From Thermodesulfobacteriota bacterium (GTDB taxonomy: Bacteria > Desulfobacterota_D > UBA1144 > Nemesobacterales > UBA2774), in NCBI GenBank assembly GCA_965223335.1, contig OZ244991.1, positions 2,016,001 through 2,080,000 on the forward strand: a stretch of 64,000 nt of DNA, read 5' to 3'. The notes beneath the pieces were generated by a model, which saw only the letters and a program-made list of their open reading frames with translations, did not search any database and had not been told where the DNA came from. Positions 10,092 through 18,658 of the stretch are shown one piece after another (position 1 is the stretch's first letter; every line of letters starts with the position of its first letter). The position numbers and the translations under genes are program-made.

Positions 10092-11156
10092 TTAGCTCTT
10101 TATGCCGGGCCATGATTGTATGGGCTCTCGGGATGTAACAATGTGCATGCCGGCCCGCTCAAAATTCTTAAATGCCTCGTCTGCTTGCTCGGTGTAATCA
10201 AGTGCACCCGGGACCACGACCGCAGATGTACAGTCCTCTAATATGTATATCTTGTTTGCAAGGGCCGGGTTATCGGTATTAATTTTGCTGAGCAGATCAG
10301 CCAGTGTCCATTCTACGCAGTGGCTCTTAGCCTGGCCGGCCACAATGATAATGTCATGTCCAATTAGCTCTTTATAGATGCCCCTTGAGGCGTTGTGATG
10401 GTGAAAGAGGTTTTGCTCCCTGAGCTCGAGCTCGTCGTTGTCGGGGCCTCGGGACACCTCGGGCTCCAATACGGAGTAGTGCTCTGTAAGTGGATGGTCA
10501 CCCTTAACGTGTATGTAGGGCTGTGCATAGCGGGCAAGAGTGTGGAAAAAAAGCGCTTGCTCTACGGACGATACCAGGGCGTGACCGATCCCGCCCAGTA
10601 TTGCGTGATAGGGCCAGATCGTGAGCTCGTATTTGCCCTTGGATTCTAGTTCCCGGGTGTAATATGCGAGGTGCCGCTCGATATAGTCCTTTGCATGAGG
10701 GAACTGCGCGGCGATTTGATGATTGAGTTGCCATCTGCCAGAAGCTATGTCATCGGATGTGATAAGTGTGAAGGGGGAGGGGTGGTTGCCCTCGGCATCG
10801 ACAAAGAAAATGCTGTGGAATATCTGCATAGCCTGGTGGGTATCGAACGTGGCAAAAGCACGAGTTATAGAGTGAAGGTTGCTGTATATAAACTCGCATA
10901 ACCTGGTGTTGTCGTCTACAGCACCTGTGCCGGACCACCCGCCCACAAAGAGCTCAAACCCCGGGATACAAAACGTGTTCTGAATATCGATCAACAAAAG
11001 ACAGATACGTACATCATCTTGTGAAGAGGGTTTTATATCATGGCGCTTTGTCCACAAGAGAGCTGATGCTGAGGTCTTCTCGTAATCGACTTTCCATACT
11101 TCGCCTACTTTAGAAGGGTCGAAATGATCGGGTATGGGTAGAGTGCTATATTCCAT
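10092..11156 (-). CDS. Isochorismatase/nicotinamidase-like cysteine hydrolase
   Basis: IDIQNTFC, DTH, WPYH, AGQAKSHCV. Confidence 0.85.
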   Translation of the reverse strand: MEYSTLPIPDHFDPSKVGEVWKVDYEKTSASALLWTKRHDIKPSSQDDVRICLLLIDIQNTFCIPGFELFVGGWSGTGAVDDNTRLCEFIYSNLHSITRAFATFDTHQAMQIFHSIFFVDAEGNHPSPFTLITSDDIASGRWQLNHQIAAQFPHAKDYIERHLAYYTRELESKGKYELTIWPYHAILGGIGHALVSSVEQALFFHTLARYAQPYIHVKGDHPLTEHYSVLEPEVSRGPDNDELELREQNLFHHHNASRGIYKELIGHDIIIVAGQAKSHCVEWTLADLLSKINTDNPALANKIYILEDCTSAVVVPGALDYTEQADEAFKNFERAGMHIVTSREPIQSWPGIKS

Positions 11157-11294
11157 CTTAGGATCTAGTAATTTAAATTTACCAACACAGTGATTTTACT
11201 ATCATGCGGGGCTCATTCAAACTCGGGTAGTTAAATATTTATTCTCTCGGTCATATTATTCGAAGTTTTGATCAAATGTTATACTCCTATTGCG

Positions 11295-12065
11295 ATGGCC
11301 GGGGCGAAGAAGATCAAAGTATATATATTTGTTACTTGCCTGGTGGACAACCTCTTTCCCGAGGTAGGGGAGAGCATGGTGAGGGTGCTCGAGAGGCAGG
11401 GGGTCGAGGTGGAGTTTTTGAGTGAGCAGACCTGTTGTGGTCAGCCTGCTTATAACAGCGGTTACAGGGGTGAGGCATTTAGTGTGGCGAGCAGGTTTAT
11501 AGAGGCATTCGATAGAGCGATGGCGCGCGATACCGGTAAGGAGTCTTATGTGGTGTGTCCGTCGGGCTCGTGCACAGCAATGATCAAGATTTTTTATAAA
11601 GAGCTTTTTGAGAGTGACAGCTATAGGCTTGGGGTTGCTGAGAGGGTGATGTCGAGGACTCATGAGTTCTCGGACTTTTTAGTAAATGTGCTTGGGGTGG
11701 AGGATGTGGGGGCCAGTTTTGAGGGGGCGGTTACGTACCATGACTCGTGTCATCTGCTTAGAGAGCTCGGGATGGAAGGTGAGCCTAGAAAGCTAATCAA
11801 TGCTGTGAGGGGCATTGAACTTGTAGAGATGGATATGCACGATGCATGCTGTGGGTTCGGGGGCACATTCGCGATTAAATTCCCCAAGGTATCGGTATCT
11901 ATGTTAGAGGAAAAAATGAGCTCTATTATAAACACGGGAGCTGGTGTTGTAGTGGCCGGGGATATGGGATGCCTCATGAACATAGACGGGTTGATAAAGA
12001 GAAAAAAGCTTAATATCAAAACAATGCATTTGGCCGAGCTGCTTGATTCGGGCCACAAATCATAA
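11295..12065 (+). CDS. lutA: LutA/LldE-family Fe-S protein with two CCG domains
   Basis: TCLVD, QTCCGQPAYNSG, HDSCH, CCGFGGTF; first of three lut genes. Confidence 0.9.
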   Translation: MAGAKKIKVYIFVTCLVDNLFPEVGESMVRVLERQGVEVEFLSEQTCCGQPAYNSGYRGEAFSVASRFIEAFDRAMARDTGKESYVVCPSGSCTAMIKIFYKELFESDSYRLGVAERVMSRTHEFSDFLVNVLGVEDVGASFEGAVTYHDSCHLLRELGMEGEPRKLINAVRGIELVEMDMHDACCGFGGTFAIKFPKVSVSMLEEKMSSIINTGAGVVVAGDMGCLMNIDGLIKRKKLNIKTMHLAELLDSGHKS

Positions 12066-12086
12066 CTCTCTATATAAGAGGATAGA

Positions 12087-13526
12087 ATGGGATTTGGGAA
12101 AGTAGATTTTGAAAAGGACTCGGAGCGGGCCCTTGGGGACCACAACCTTAGCAATGCTCTTGTAAACGTCACTGACAGGTTTCGGAGTGCCAGAAAGAGT
12201 GCTTCTGAGCAGGTAGCAAACTGGGACGAGCTCCGCAACCGTGCGAGGGCAATAAAAAGAGAGACCATATCTAACCTGGATAAATATCTAATAGAACTCG
12301 AAGAGAGTGTAAAGAGAGCAGGCGGGCATGTGCACTGGGCGCTTGATTCATTTGAGGCGTCGGAAATCATAGTGCGGCTCGCAAAAGAGAAGAACGTGAA
12401 ATCGATCGTTAAAAGTAAGTCGATGGCTACCGAGGAGATAGAGCTTAACCGAAGTTTTGAGGCCGCCGGGCTTAAGGTCGTTGAAACAGATTTGGGTGAG
12501 TACATAATACAGCTTGCGGGTGAGCATCCCTCTCATATCATTGCACCTGCAATTCATAAGACCAAAGACGACATATCGGAGCTTTTTTCGCGTAAGCTCG
12601 ACGTGCCGATATACGATGAGCCAGAGGAGCTGACAAAGGTAGCGCGCGAGAGGCTTAGGTCTGAGTTCCTGGGTGCCGATATGGGGGTGTCGGGCGCTAA
12701 CTTTGCGGTGGCTGAGACGGGGACCATAGTGGTTGTGGAGAACGAAGGGAATGCGAGACTGACAACGACACTGCCACGCATTCACGTGGCGCTTGTGGGT
12801 ATAGAAAAGCTGATCCCCAAATATAGAGACCTATCTCTATTTCTTAGTGTGTTGGCAAGGAGTGCGACAGGGCAGAAATCCTCTACATATGTCTCTTTTA
12901 TTACAGGGCCCAGGCGAGAAGGGGAGATGGACGGTCCCGAGGAGTTTCACCTGGTGCTGCTCGATAACGGCAGGTCCGATATTGCGACCAATCCCAAAAC
13001 CCGGGAGTCGCTTTACTGTATTAGGTGCGGGGCATGTCTCAACAACTGTCCGGTGTACCGTCAAGTGGGCGGGCACTCGTACGGATGGGTTTATTCAGGG
13101 CCTATAGGGGCTATTATCAACCCGCAGTTAATGGGTATACACCAAGCCCCAGAGCTTCCCTATGCGTCTTCTCTATGCGGGGCGTGTAAGGATGTGTGCC
13201 CGGTAAAGATCGATTTTCCAAAGTTGCTGCTAGAGCTGCGCCATAGTGTGGTCGGGAATGAGATTGCCAAGGGGAGTGTGGGAGGGAAGACAGAGAGGAT
13301 GATGTTTCGCGTGTGGGGATGGGTGATGGGCAGCCAATTTGTGTATGAGATTGCGAACAGGCTTGGATATTATCTGCAGTATCTGATACCGAAAGGGCAG
13401 GGGGGTGCCATGAGGTTCCCTTACCCTCTGGCTAGATGGACTGAGCAGAGGGATTTTCCGAAAATTGCAAAAAGGTCGTTCCGCAAGAGGTGGAGAGAGA
13501 GTAGGGGAGCGAAAGACAATGGCTAG
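12087..13526 (+). CDS. lutB: LutB/LldF lactate-utilisation Fe-S protein
   Basis: KSKSM, ETDLGEYI, CIRCGACLNNCPVY, SLCGACKDVCP. Confidence 0.93.
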   Translation: MGFGKVDFEKDSERALGDHNLSNALVNVTDRFRSARKSASEQVANWDELRNRARAIKRETISNLDKYLIELEESVKRAGGHVHWALDSFEASEIIVRLAKEKNVKSIVKSKSMATEEIELNRSFEAAGLKVVETDLGEYIIQLAGEHPSHIIAPAIHKTKDDISELFSRKLDVPIYDEPEELTKVARERLRSEFLGADMGVSGANFAVAETGTIVVVENEGNARLTTTLPRIHVALVGIEKLIPKYRDLSLFLSVLARSATGQKSSTYVSFITGPRREGEMDGPEEFHLVLLDNGRSDIATNPKTRESLYCIRCGACLNNCPVYRQVGGHSYGWVYSGPIGAIINPQLMGIHQAPELPYASSLCGACKDVCPVKIDFPKLLLELRHSVVGNEIAKGSVGGKTERMMFRVWGWVMGSQFVYEIANRLGYYLQYLIPKGQGGAMRFPYPLARWTEQRDFPKIAKRSFRKRWRESRGAKDNG

Positions 13527-14208
13527 GAGAATGATAGACAGCTCGCGAGAGGAGATTATAAATAAGCTACGGGTAAGGCTTAGCCAACAAGGTGGTGGTA
13601 CGGCAGATGCTGCGGTAAGAAGAAAAAGAGCGAGGGTGAAATCCATAGACGATGATGAGATAGTATCGCTCTTAACGCAGCTTGGAGACGAAATACAAAG
13701 TGTGAGCGGCAACTATCACACTGCAAATGATGAAGAGGGGATTGTTAAGCATATTTTAAAGCTTGCTCGGAATAAGAGTGCAGAGAACTTTTCGATGTGG
13801 GAGACTGATTACCTGAGGCAATTGGGAGTGAAGAAAGCTCTTAGGGAAAGTGGGCTTAAATTGATCACTGCCAAAAACAAAAACAGGCTGGCTAATGCCA
13901 ATATCGGAATAACGGAAGTGGATTATGCCATTGCGGATACGGGGACATTGGTGTTGCTTACAGAGAAGCAGCAGCCGAGGTCTATATCGCTCTTGCCTCC
14001 GATTCATGTAGCGGTAGTGCGGGCGGATAACATTGTAAGAAACATTAATGAGTTGTTTGCGATTCTAAGTGATAGTATCAAGGACACGGGGAGTGTTGCG
14101 AGTTGTATGACATTTATTACCGGGCCCAGCAGGACTGCGGACATCGAGCTTAACCTAACACTGGGTGTGCACGGACCAAAAGAATTATACGTAGTAGCTT
14201 TGAGCTGA
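13519..14208 (+). CDS. lutC: LutC/YkgG LUD-domain protein
   Basis: AIADTGT, SLLPPIH, ITGPSRTADIE; overlaps the lutB stop; SD GGGGAG. Confidence 0.9.
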   Translation: MARRMIDSSREEIINKLRVRLSQQGGGTADAAVRRKRARVKSIDDDEIVSLLTQLGDEIQSVSGNYHTANDEEGIVKHILKLARNKSAENFSMWETDYLRQLGVKKALRESGLKLITAKNKNRLANANIGITEVDYAIADTGTLVLLTEKQQPRSISLLPPIHVAVVRADNIVRNINELFAILSDSIKDTGSVASCMTFITGPSRTADIELNLTLGVHGPKELYVVALS

Positions 14209-14214
14209 CATAGA

Positions 14215-15093
14215 TTACATCTTTTTCATCTTGTCTCTATTGATCAAATACACACCTGCAAACACAATGACAATGCCAAGGACCTGGGACGCGTTGATCT
14301 TTTCCCCTAGTACCAGCATGCCCGCAATAACACCGAAGATGGGGATAAAATAAAAAGTCATCGATGAGAAAATCGGGCCTGCTCTGTGAAGCATATAGTA
14401 GTAGCCCGCGAACCCGCTTGCGGTGGAGACCACTCCAAGGATAAGTTCAGATACTACATTGGTTTCGGTTATGGGTGTCTTTAATGGACTCTCGAAAATA
14501 AACGAGAGAGCTATAAGTATCAAAGAGGCTATCCCCAAGTAATATGTGGTGGATACAATGGGGTCGGTGCCGCTTGCGAGCCTGGGTGCAATGACCCCAT
14601 TAATTGCGAATACAGCAAATCCACCCATGACCATAAGCACACCTTTTAGAGTGGTGCCTCCGCCCAGAATCTTGTCGAATCCGATTACGAGCACAAGTCC
14701 TGCAATACCGATAAGTAGCCCTAACAGGCCGTCTATTCTGAACCGTTCGGACCGGAGTACAAGAACCATTGCTATGAATGTGACGAATGGGGTTGTAGAG
14801 ACCAGTACCGAGGTTAGTCCCGCAGTTATATACTCTTCGCCGAATGCAACTGCGAGCCATAAAACCGTTACACCCAGGATGGCAAACACAATAAATGAAA
14901 ATATATATTTGGCGTGGCCGACTAAATCTTTTCTAAGTATTAGAGAGGCGATCAGAAGGGCTAAAAATCCGATTGTGGAGCGCCCGGCCATCTCGGTGAT
15001 GGGGGCGATGGTCCTTTCGCCGATTTTAATGAGTACGAATGCAAATCCCCAAGCCGCAGAGACGTATAAGAGTACAAGGATGTTGCGAATCAA
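14215..15093 (-). CDS. DMT/EamA family transporter
   Basis: About 10 hydrophobic helices, N-terminal WG, C-terminal LGE motif. Confidence 0.9.
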   Translation of the reverse strand: MIRNILVLLYVSAAWGFAFVLIKIGERTIAPITEMAGRSTIGFLALLIASLILRKDLVGHAKYIFSFIVFAILGVTVLWLAVAFGEEYITAGLTSVLVSTTPFVTFIAMVLVLRSERFRIDGLLGLLIGIAGLVLVIGFDKILGGGTTLKGVLMVMGGFAVFAINGVIAPRLASGTDPIVSTTYYLGIASLILIALSFIFESPLKTPITETNVVSELILGVVSTASGFAGYYYMLHRAGPIFSSMTFYFIPIFGVIAGMLVLGEKINASQVLGIVIVFAGVYLINRDKMKKM

Positions 15094-15210
15094 AAGTGAG
15101 CCCCCTTTCCACAGATATTATAGATATGTTAGATATTAACATACATAGGGGGAGTTATTGTATGGAGCTATGTATAGAGCTGGGAGGGTGAGAGTGCTAT
15201 AAGGAAGGAA

Positions 15211-15621
15211 TTAGGGGGACAAGATAAGTGGTAAGCAATCAAATGGTTCGGTTGTATTATTGAAACTCAAAGTACCAACCGGGGTTCCAACTTCATCTAA
15301 AGTTAAACCAGAAAATGTTACCGGTAGGGTTGTTACTTGAGAATTTATTATTATATTCACATCTGTGCAATGAAATGTAGAGCAATCTATAATAGAACAA
15401 TTATTCACATTGAATTCTTGGTCCAAATTAACTGTTGCACTCATAGATCCACAGCCAAGAGAATCACATGCGTTGAGAATGGCCTCGGATAAACACTCAG
15501 CATCTGCAAAATCTTCATTAGGGAAGCATTCATTCATATTGTTGCTGGAATTATTGCTGCATCCTCCATATAACATGAGGATGAGTAATATTAAAGATGA
15601 AATTAGTAGTTGTAACTTCAT
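15211..15621 (-). CDS. Cysteine-rich putative lipoprotein, AT-rich gene
   Basis: Signal peptide ending YGG|C, Asn/Ser linker, 8 further Cys. Confidence 0.7.
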   Translation of the reverse strand: MKLQLLISSLILLILMLYGGCSNNSSNNMNECFPNEDFADAECLSEAILNACDSLGCGSMSATVNLDQEFNVNNCSIIDCSTFHCTDVNIIINSQVTTLPVTFSGLTLDEVGTPVGTLSFNNTTEPFDCLPLILSP

Positions 15622-15689
15622 AGCTGTAATTATTAATTATTTCTTTATCATTATCAACATGTTTGTTGAGGATACTAGGGGAAGGGCGG

Positions 15690-16406
15690 TTACTTTGCTA
15701 TCCACTCTCGGGCGGTGAATTCCTGGCCTGTGACGTCTTTGGACTCGTCTGATGCAAGGTAGACGAATACAGGCGAGATATCTTCGGGTGTGGGTAATGT
15801 CAGAGGGTTCTCGTCGGGGTAAGCGCCGGCACGCATATCGGTGCGGGTGCCTCCGGGATTAACGGAGTTTACACGGACATTTGTGTCTTGAAGTTCCTGA
15901 GCCAGTACTTGTGTGATGGCCTCGAGTCCGAACTTGGAGGCTGCATAGGCTCCCCAATTGGCTTTTCCGACTCTGCCTACGGTGGAGCTTACATTGATGA
16001 CCGAGGCGCTAGGGGATTTGAGCAGAAGGGGCAGAAGGGCTTTTGTGACAAAAAACTGCGCATTTAGGTTGATGTGAATAACTTCCTGCCAGACATCCTC
16101 GGGATAGTCCTGTATTGAAGAACGTACTCCCAAGATGCTGGCGTTGTTAACGAGTATATCTAGATGATCCCAAAGGGATTCTGTATATGCGGCCAGCTCT
16201 TTTACTTGTGTGTAATCTCCGATATCACATGTAAAAGACTCAACATTACCCAGATTTGATAATTCATTCTTTGTTTCTTGTAGTGATACCTCGTTCCTGC
16301 CGCATATAATGACGCTTGCACCTTCGTTTAAAAATACCTTGGCTAGTCCTTTTCCAATACCGCGGTTGCCGCCTGTAATTAGAGCTTTTTTGCCTGTAAG
16401 TTTCAT
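15690..16406 (-). CDS. SDR oxidoreductase (YciK-like)
   Basis: TGGNRGIG, YAASK, NPGGTRTDMRA. Confidence 0.92.
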   Translation of the reverse strand: MKLTGKKALITGGNRGIGKGLAKVFLNEGASVIICGRNEVSLQETKNELSNLGNVESFTCDIGDYTQVKELAAYTESLWDHLDILVNNASILGVRSSIQDYPEDVWQEVIHINLNAQFFVTKALLPLLLKSPSASVINVSSTVGRVGKANWGAYAASKFGLEAITQVLAQELQDTNVRVNSVNPGGTRTDMRAGAYPDENPLTLPTPEDISPVFVYLASDESKDVTGQEFTAREWIAK

Positions 16407-16575
16407 ATTGCAGATAATGTTACCAGAAATAACGAGTTTCTACGATACCAAAGATGACTCAGTTAGGCTATTTTCTGCATTATATTCTGTTATAGATGGT
16501 TGTTATAAAGGTTACTTAAAGCACAACTTTAAGAACCGCTAGCGGTATATGAGTTTTCGGGGAGGAAGCAACGTA

Positions 16576-16603
16576 ATGTCCGATAAGGAATATTATGTAA
16601 ACT
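16576..16603 (+). other. dif: dif chromosome dimer resolution site (XerC/XerD)
   Basis: ATGTCCGATAA-GGAATA-TTATGTAAACT has the 11-6-11 layout with ATAA/TTAT inner palindrome; lies in an AT-rich intergenic region; KOPS polarity converges here. Confidence 0.88.
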
Positions 16604-16617
16604 ATAATAAATCTATA

Positions 16618-16826
16618 GATTTACATAATATCCTGGTACTACCCTACTAAGCACAATAAAAAGATTGACATAATATCCTTTTACCACTATCAAACTATAG
16701 ATTTGCATATTATCCTATAGGACTGCCCTATTTTTAATTAGGACTATAAATACATGGATATTCTGTTGATCCATCCTAATGTCCCAGAATTACATAATAT
16801 CCTGATGCTACCCCACTTAGTGCTAT
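16618..16826 (-). repeat. Array of XerD-arm-like repeats, inverted relative to dif
   Basis: GATTTACATAATATCCT (16618), GATTGACATAATATCCT (16663), GATTTGCATATTATCCT (16700), degenerate copy (about 16747), GAATTACATAATATCCT (16787); starts are 45, 37, 47 and 40 bp apart. Confidence 0.85.
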
Positions 16827-17015
16827 TGATTTAATACCCGGTAAAATACTAAACATACAAAAACAAAGATTAATATCGCAAAATCATATATATAGTTTGT
16901 GAAATTGCTCCTCTTTTTATCAACAGTTCCGGATTCAATACTTGAACTTACTGCTATAAGTAATTATATTTAGGACTAATTTAGGATCACAAGATAACTG
17001 ATTGAGGGTCTAGCT

Positions 17016-17375
17016 ATGCCGATATACGAATATGAATGTAAAAAATGCGGTAGAATCACAGAAGCTCTACAAGGGTTTAGTGATCCCCCGCTCAAAAAAT
17101 GCGAGCACTGTAAAGGTAAGTTAGAAAAACTTATTTCTCTGTCGTCTTTCCACCTCCAAGGCACAGGCTGGTACTCAACCGACTATGTAAAAGGCCCGGG
17201 GATTCCACCTAAGGCCGAAGCTCAGGATAATCCGGCCCTAAAAAACGAAAACGGTACTCAACCTGATACAACCTCTAGTTCCAGCGATTCTGCAGAAACC
17301 TCGGCATCTAAAGTCGAATCCATTAAAAAAGAAACAAAAAAAGCCAGAAACTCATCTAAGTCGAGTTCTGCATAA
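17016..17375 (+). CDS. FmdB-family zinc-ribbon protein with a low-complexity tail
   Basis: MPIYEYECKKCG...CEHC, GTGWYSTDY. Confidence 0.9.
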   Translation: MPIYEYECKKCGRITEALQGFSDPPLKKCEHCKGKLEKLISLSSFHLQGTGWYSTDYVKGPGIPPKAEAQDNPALKNENGTQPDTTSSSSDSAETSASKVESIKKETKKARNSSKSSSA

Positions 17376-17453
17376 ATTTACAGTTTCGTCCCCTGCTTTG
17401 TAAAAGTTTGATTTTTACATAGACCTACCCTATTTACTACCAAGGAGAATAAT

Positions 17454-18245
17454 ATGGATCTCGGTATTAAGGACAGAGTTGCTATTGTAGCGGCTTCAAG
17501 TCGGGGTCTGGGGAAAGCTGTGGCTATGGGGCTTGCCCAAGAGGGAGTCAACCTGGTTATCTGCTCGCGCGGTGAAGATGTCCTTGCAGAGACGGCTAGT
17601 GAAATATTGTCCGAAACCGGTGTGTGGGTAAAACCTGTTGCTGCCGATGTGTCGAAGAAGGACGAGATAGACAAGGTAGTCGACCATTGCATAAAAGAGT
17701 ACGGCACGGTGGACATTATGGTCAATAACGCCGGGGGCCCACCACTCGGGGAATTCATAGAGTTTGATGACGGCAACTGGGAGCAGGCACTGGAGCTAAA
17801 TCTGTTTAGCACCATACGGTTTACCCGCGCGGTCCTACCCCATATGAGGGAGAAGAATTGGGGGAGGATAGTTAACATAACATCGGTTGCGGTTAAGCAG
17901 CCTATTGACGGCTTGATACTATCCAATACGGCAAGGACCGCAGTGATAGGACTGGCTAAAACACTCTCGAACGAAAACGGTGAGCATAACATCCTGATAA
18001 ATAATGTGTGTCCGGGAAGGATCTTTACCGACAGGATCAAGCAACTGGCAGAAGCTAGAGCTGAGCGCGATAATAAAACCTTTGACGAAGTGATCGAATC
18101 AATGAAAACCGATATTCCACTGGGTAGGATCGGTGACCCCGAAGAGTTTGCCAACATGGTGGTGTTCCTATGTTCCGAGCGCGCAAGCTACATTACCGGT
18201 GCTACCATACAGATTGACGGCGGGCTTGTGACAGGGCTATTTTGA
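17454..18245 (+). CDS. SDR oxidoreductase
   Basis: MDLGI, AASSRGLG, NNAGGPP, IPLGRIG; SD AAGGAG. Confidence 0.92.
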   Translation: MDLGIKDRVAIVAASSRGLGKAVAMGLAQEGVNLVICSRGEDVLAETASEILSETGVWVKPVAADVSKKDEIDKVVDHCIKEYGTVDIMVNNAGGPPLGEFIEFDDGNWEQALELNLFSTIRFTRAVLPHMREKNWGRIVNITSVAVKQPIDGLILSNTARTAVIGLAKTLSNENGEHNILINNVCPGRIFTDRIKQLAEARAERDNKTFDEVIESMKTDIPLGRIGDPEEFANMVVFLCSERASYITGATIQIDGGLVTGLF

Positions 18246-18658
18246 TGAATCTAAAACGGCTGCTTACCAGTAAAACTAATTATGACCCTTCCATATTGTA
18301 TCTGCTGCTAATAAGCTTAGTGCTTTATATGCTGAGTAATTATAGCCCACTAGACCTAGTCTTTGGACAACCTAGCAGTAATTTAATCCCGAACGCTGTC
18401 TCGCACATTGAGACAGATGGGGGGCTCGGGGGAATAAGTGCTAGAAAAAAAATTGCGCTGGGTATACCTATTGGAGTGAACTCGGCTAGCGTGGAAGATC
18501 TGGCGGCTCTGCCGGGGATTGGCCCTGCCCTCTCGAAGCGCATAGTGGAATTTAGGACTGCTAAAGGTGAGATAACGGACCTGGATGAATTAATGCAGGT
18601 GCACGGGATCGGGGACGAGAAATATAAATCTATTCTGCCCTTAATAAATCTGGATTAA
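18245..18658 (+). CDS. ComEA-like helix-hairpin-helix DNA-binding membrane protein
   Basis: N-terminal TM; VNSAS-LPGIGP and VHGIG HhH motifs; TGATG overlap with the upstream SDR. Confidence 0.85.
   Translation: MNLKRLLTSKTNYDPSILYLLLISLVLYMLSNYSPLDLVFGQPSSNLIPNAVSHIETDGGLGGISARKKIALGIPIGVNSASVEDLAALPGIGPALSKRIVEFRTAKGEITDLDELMQVHGIGDEKYKSILPLINLD

Noticed and set aside
16618..16826. The repeat array as a mini CRISPR
   Set aside because: Repeats are only 17 bp and degenerate, spacing is irregular, linkers 1 and 5 resemble each other, there are no cas genes, and the motif matches the XerD arm of the adjacent dif.
16618..16826. The array as scars of IMEX or phage integration at dif
   Set aside because: Integration normally leaves direct-orientation dif-like sites with both arms flanking cargo. 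These copies are inverted, lack XerC arms and enclose no cargo. Considered less likely but not excluded.
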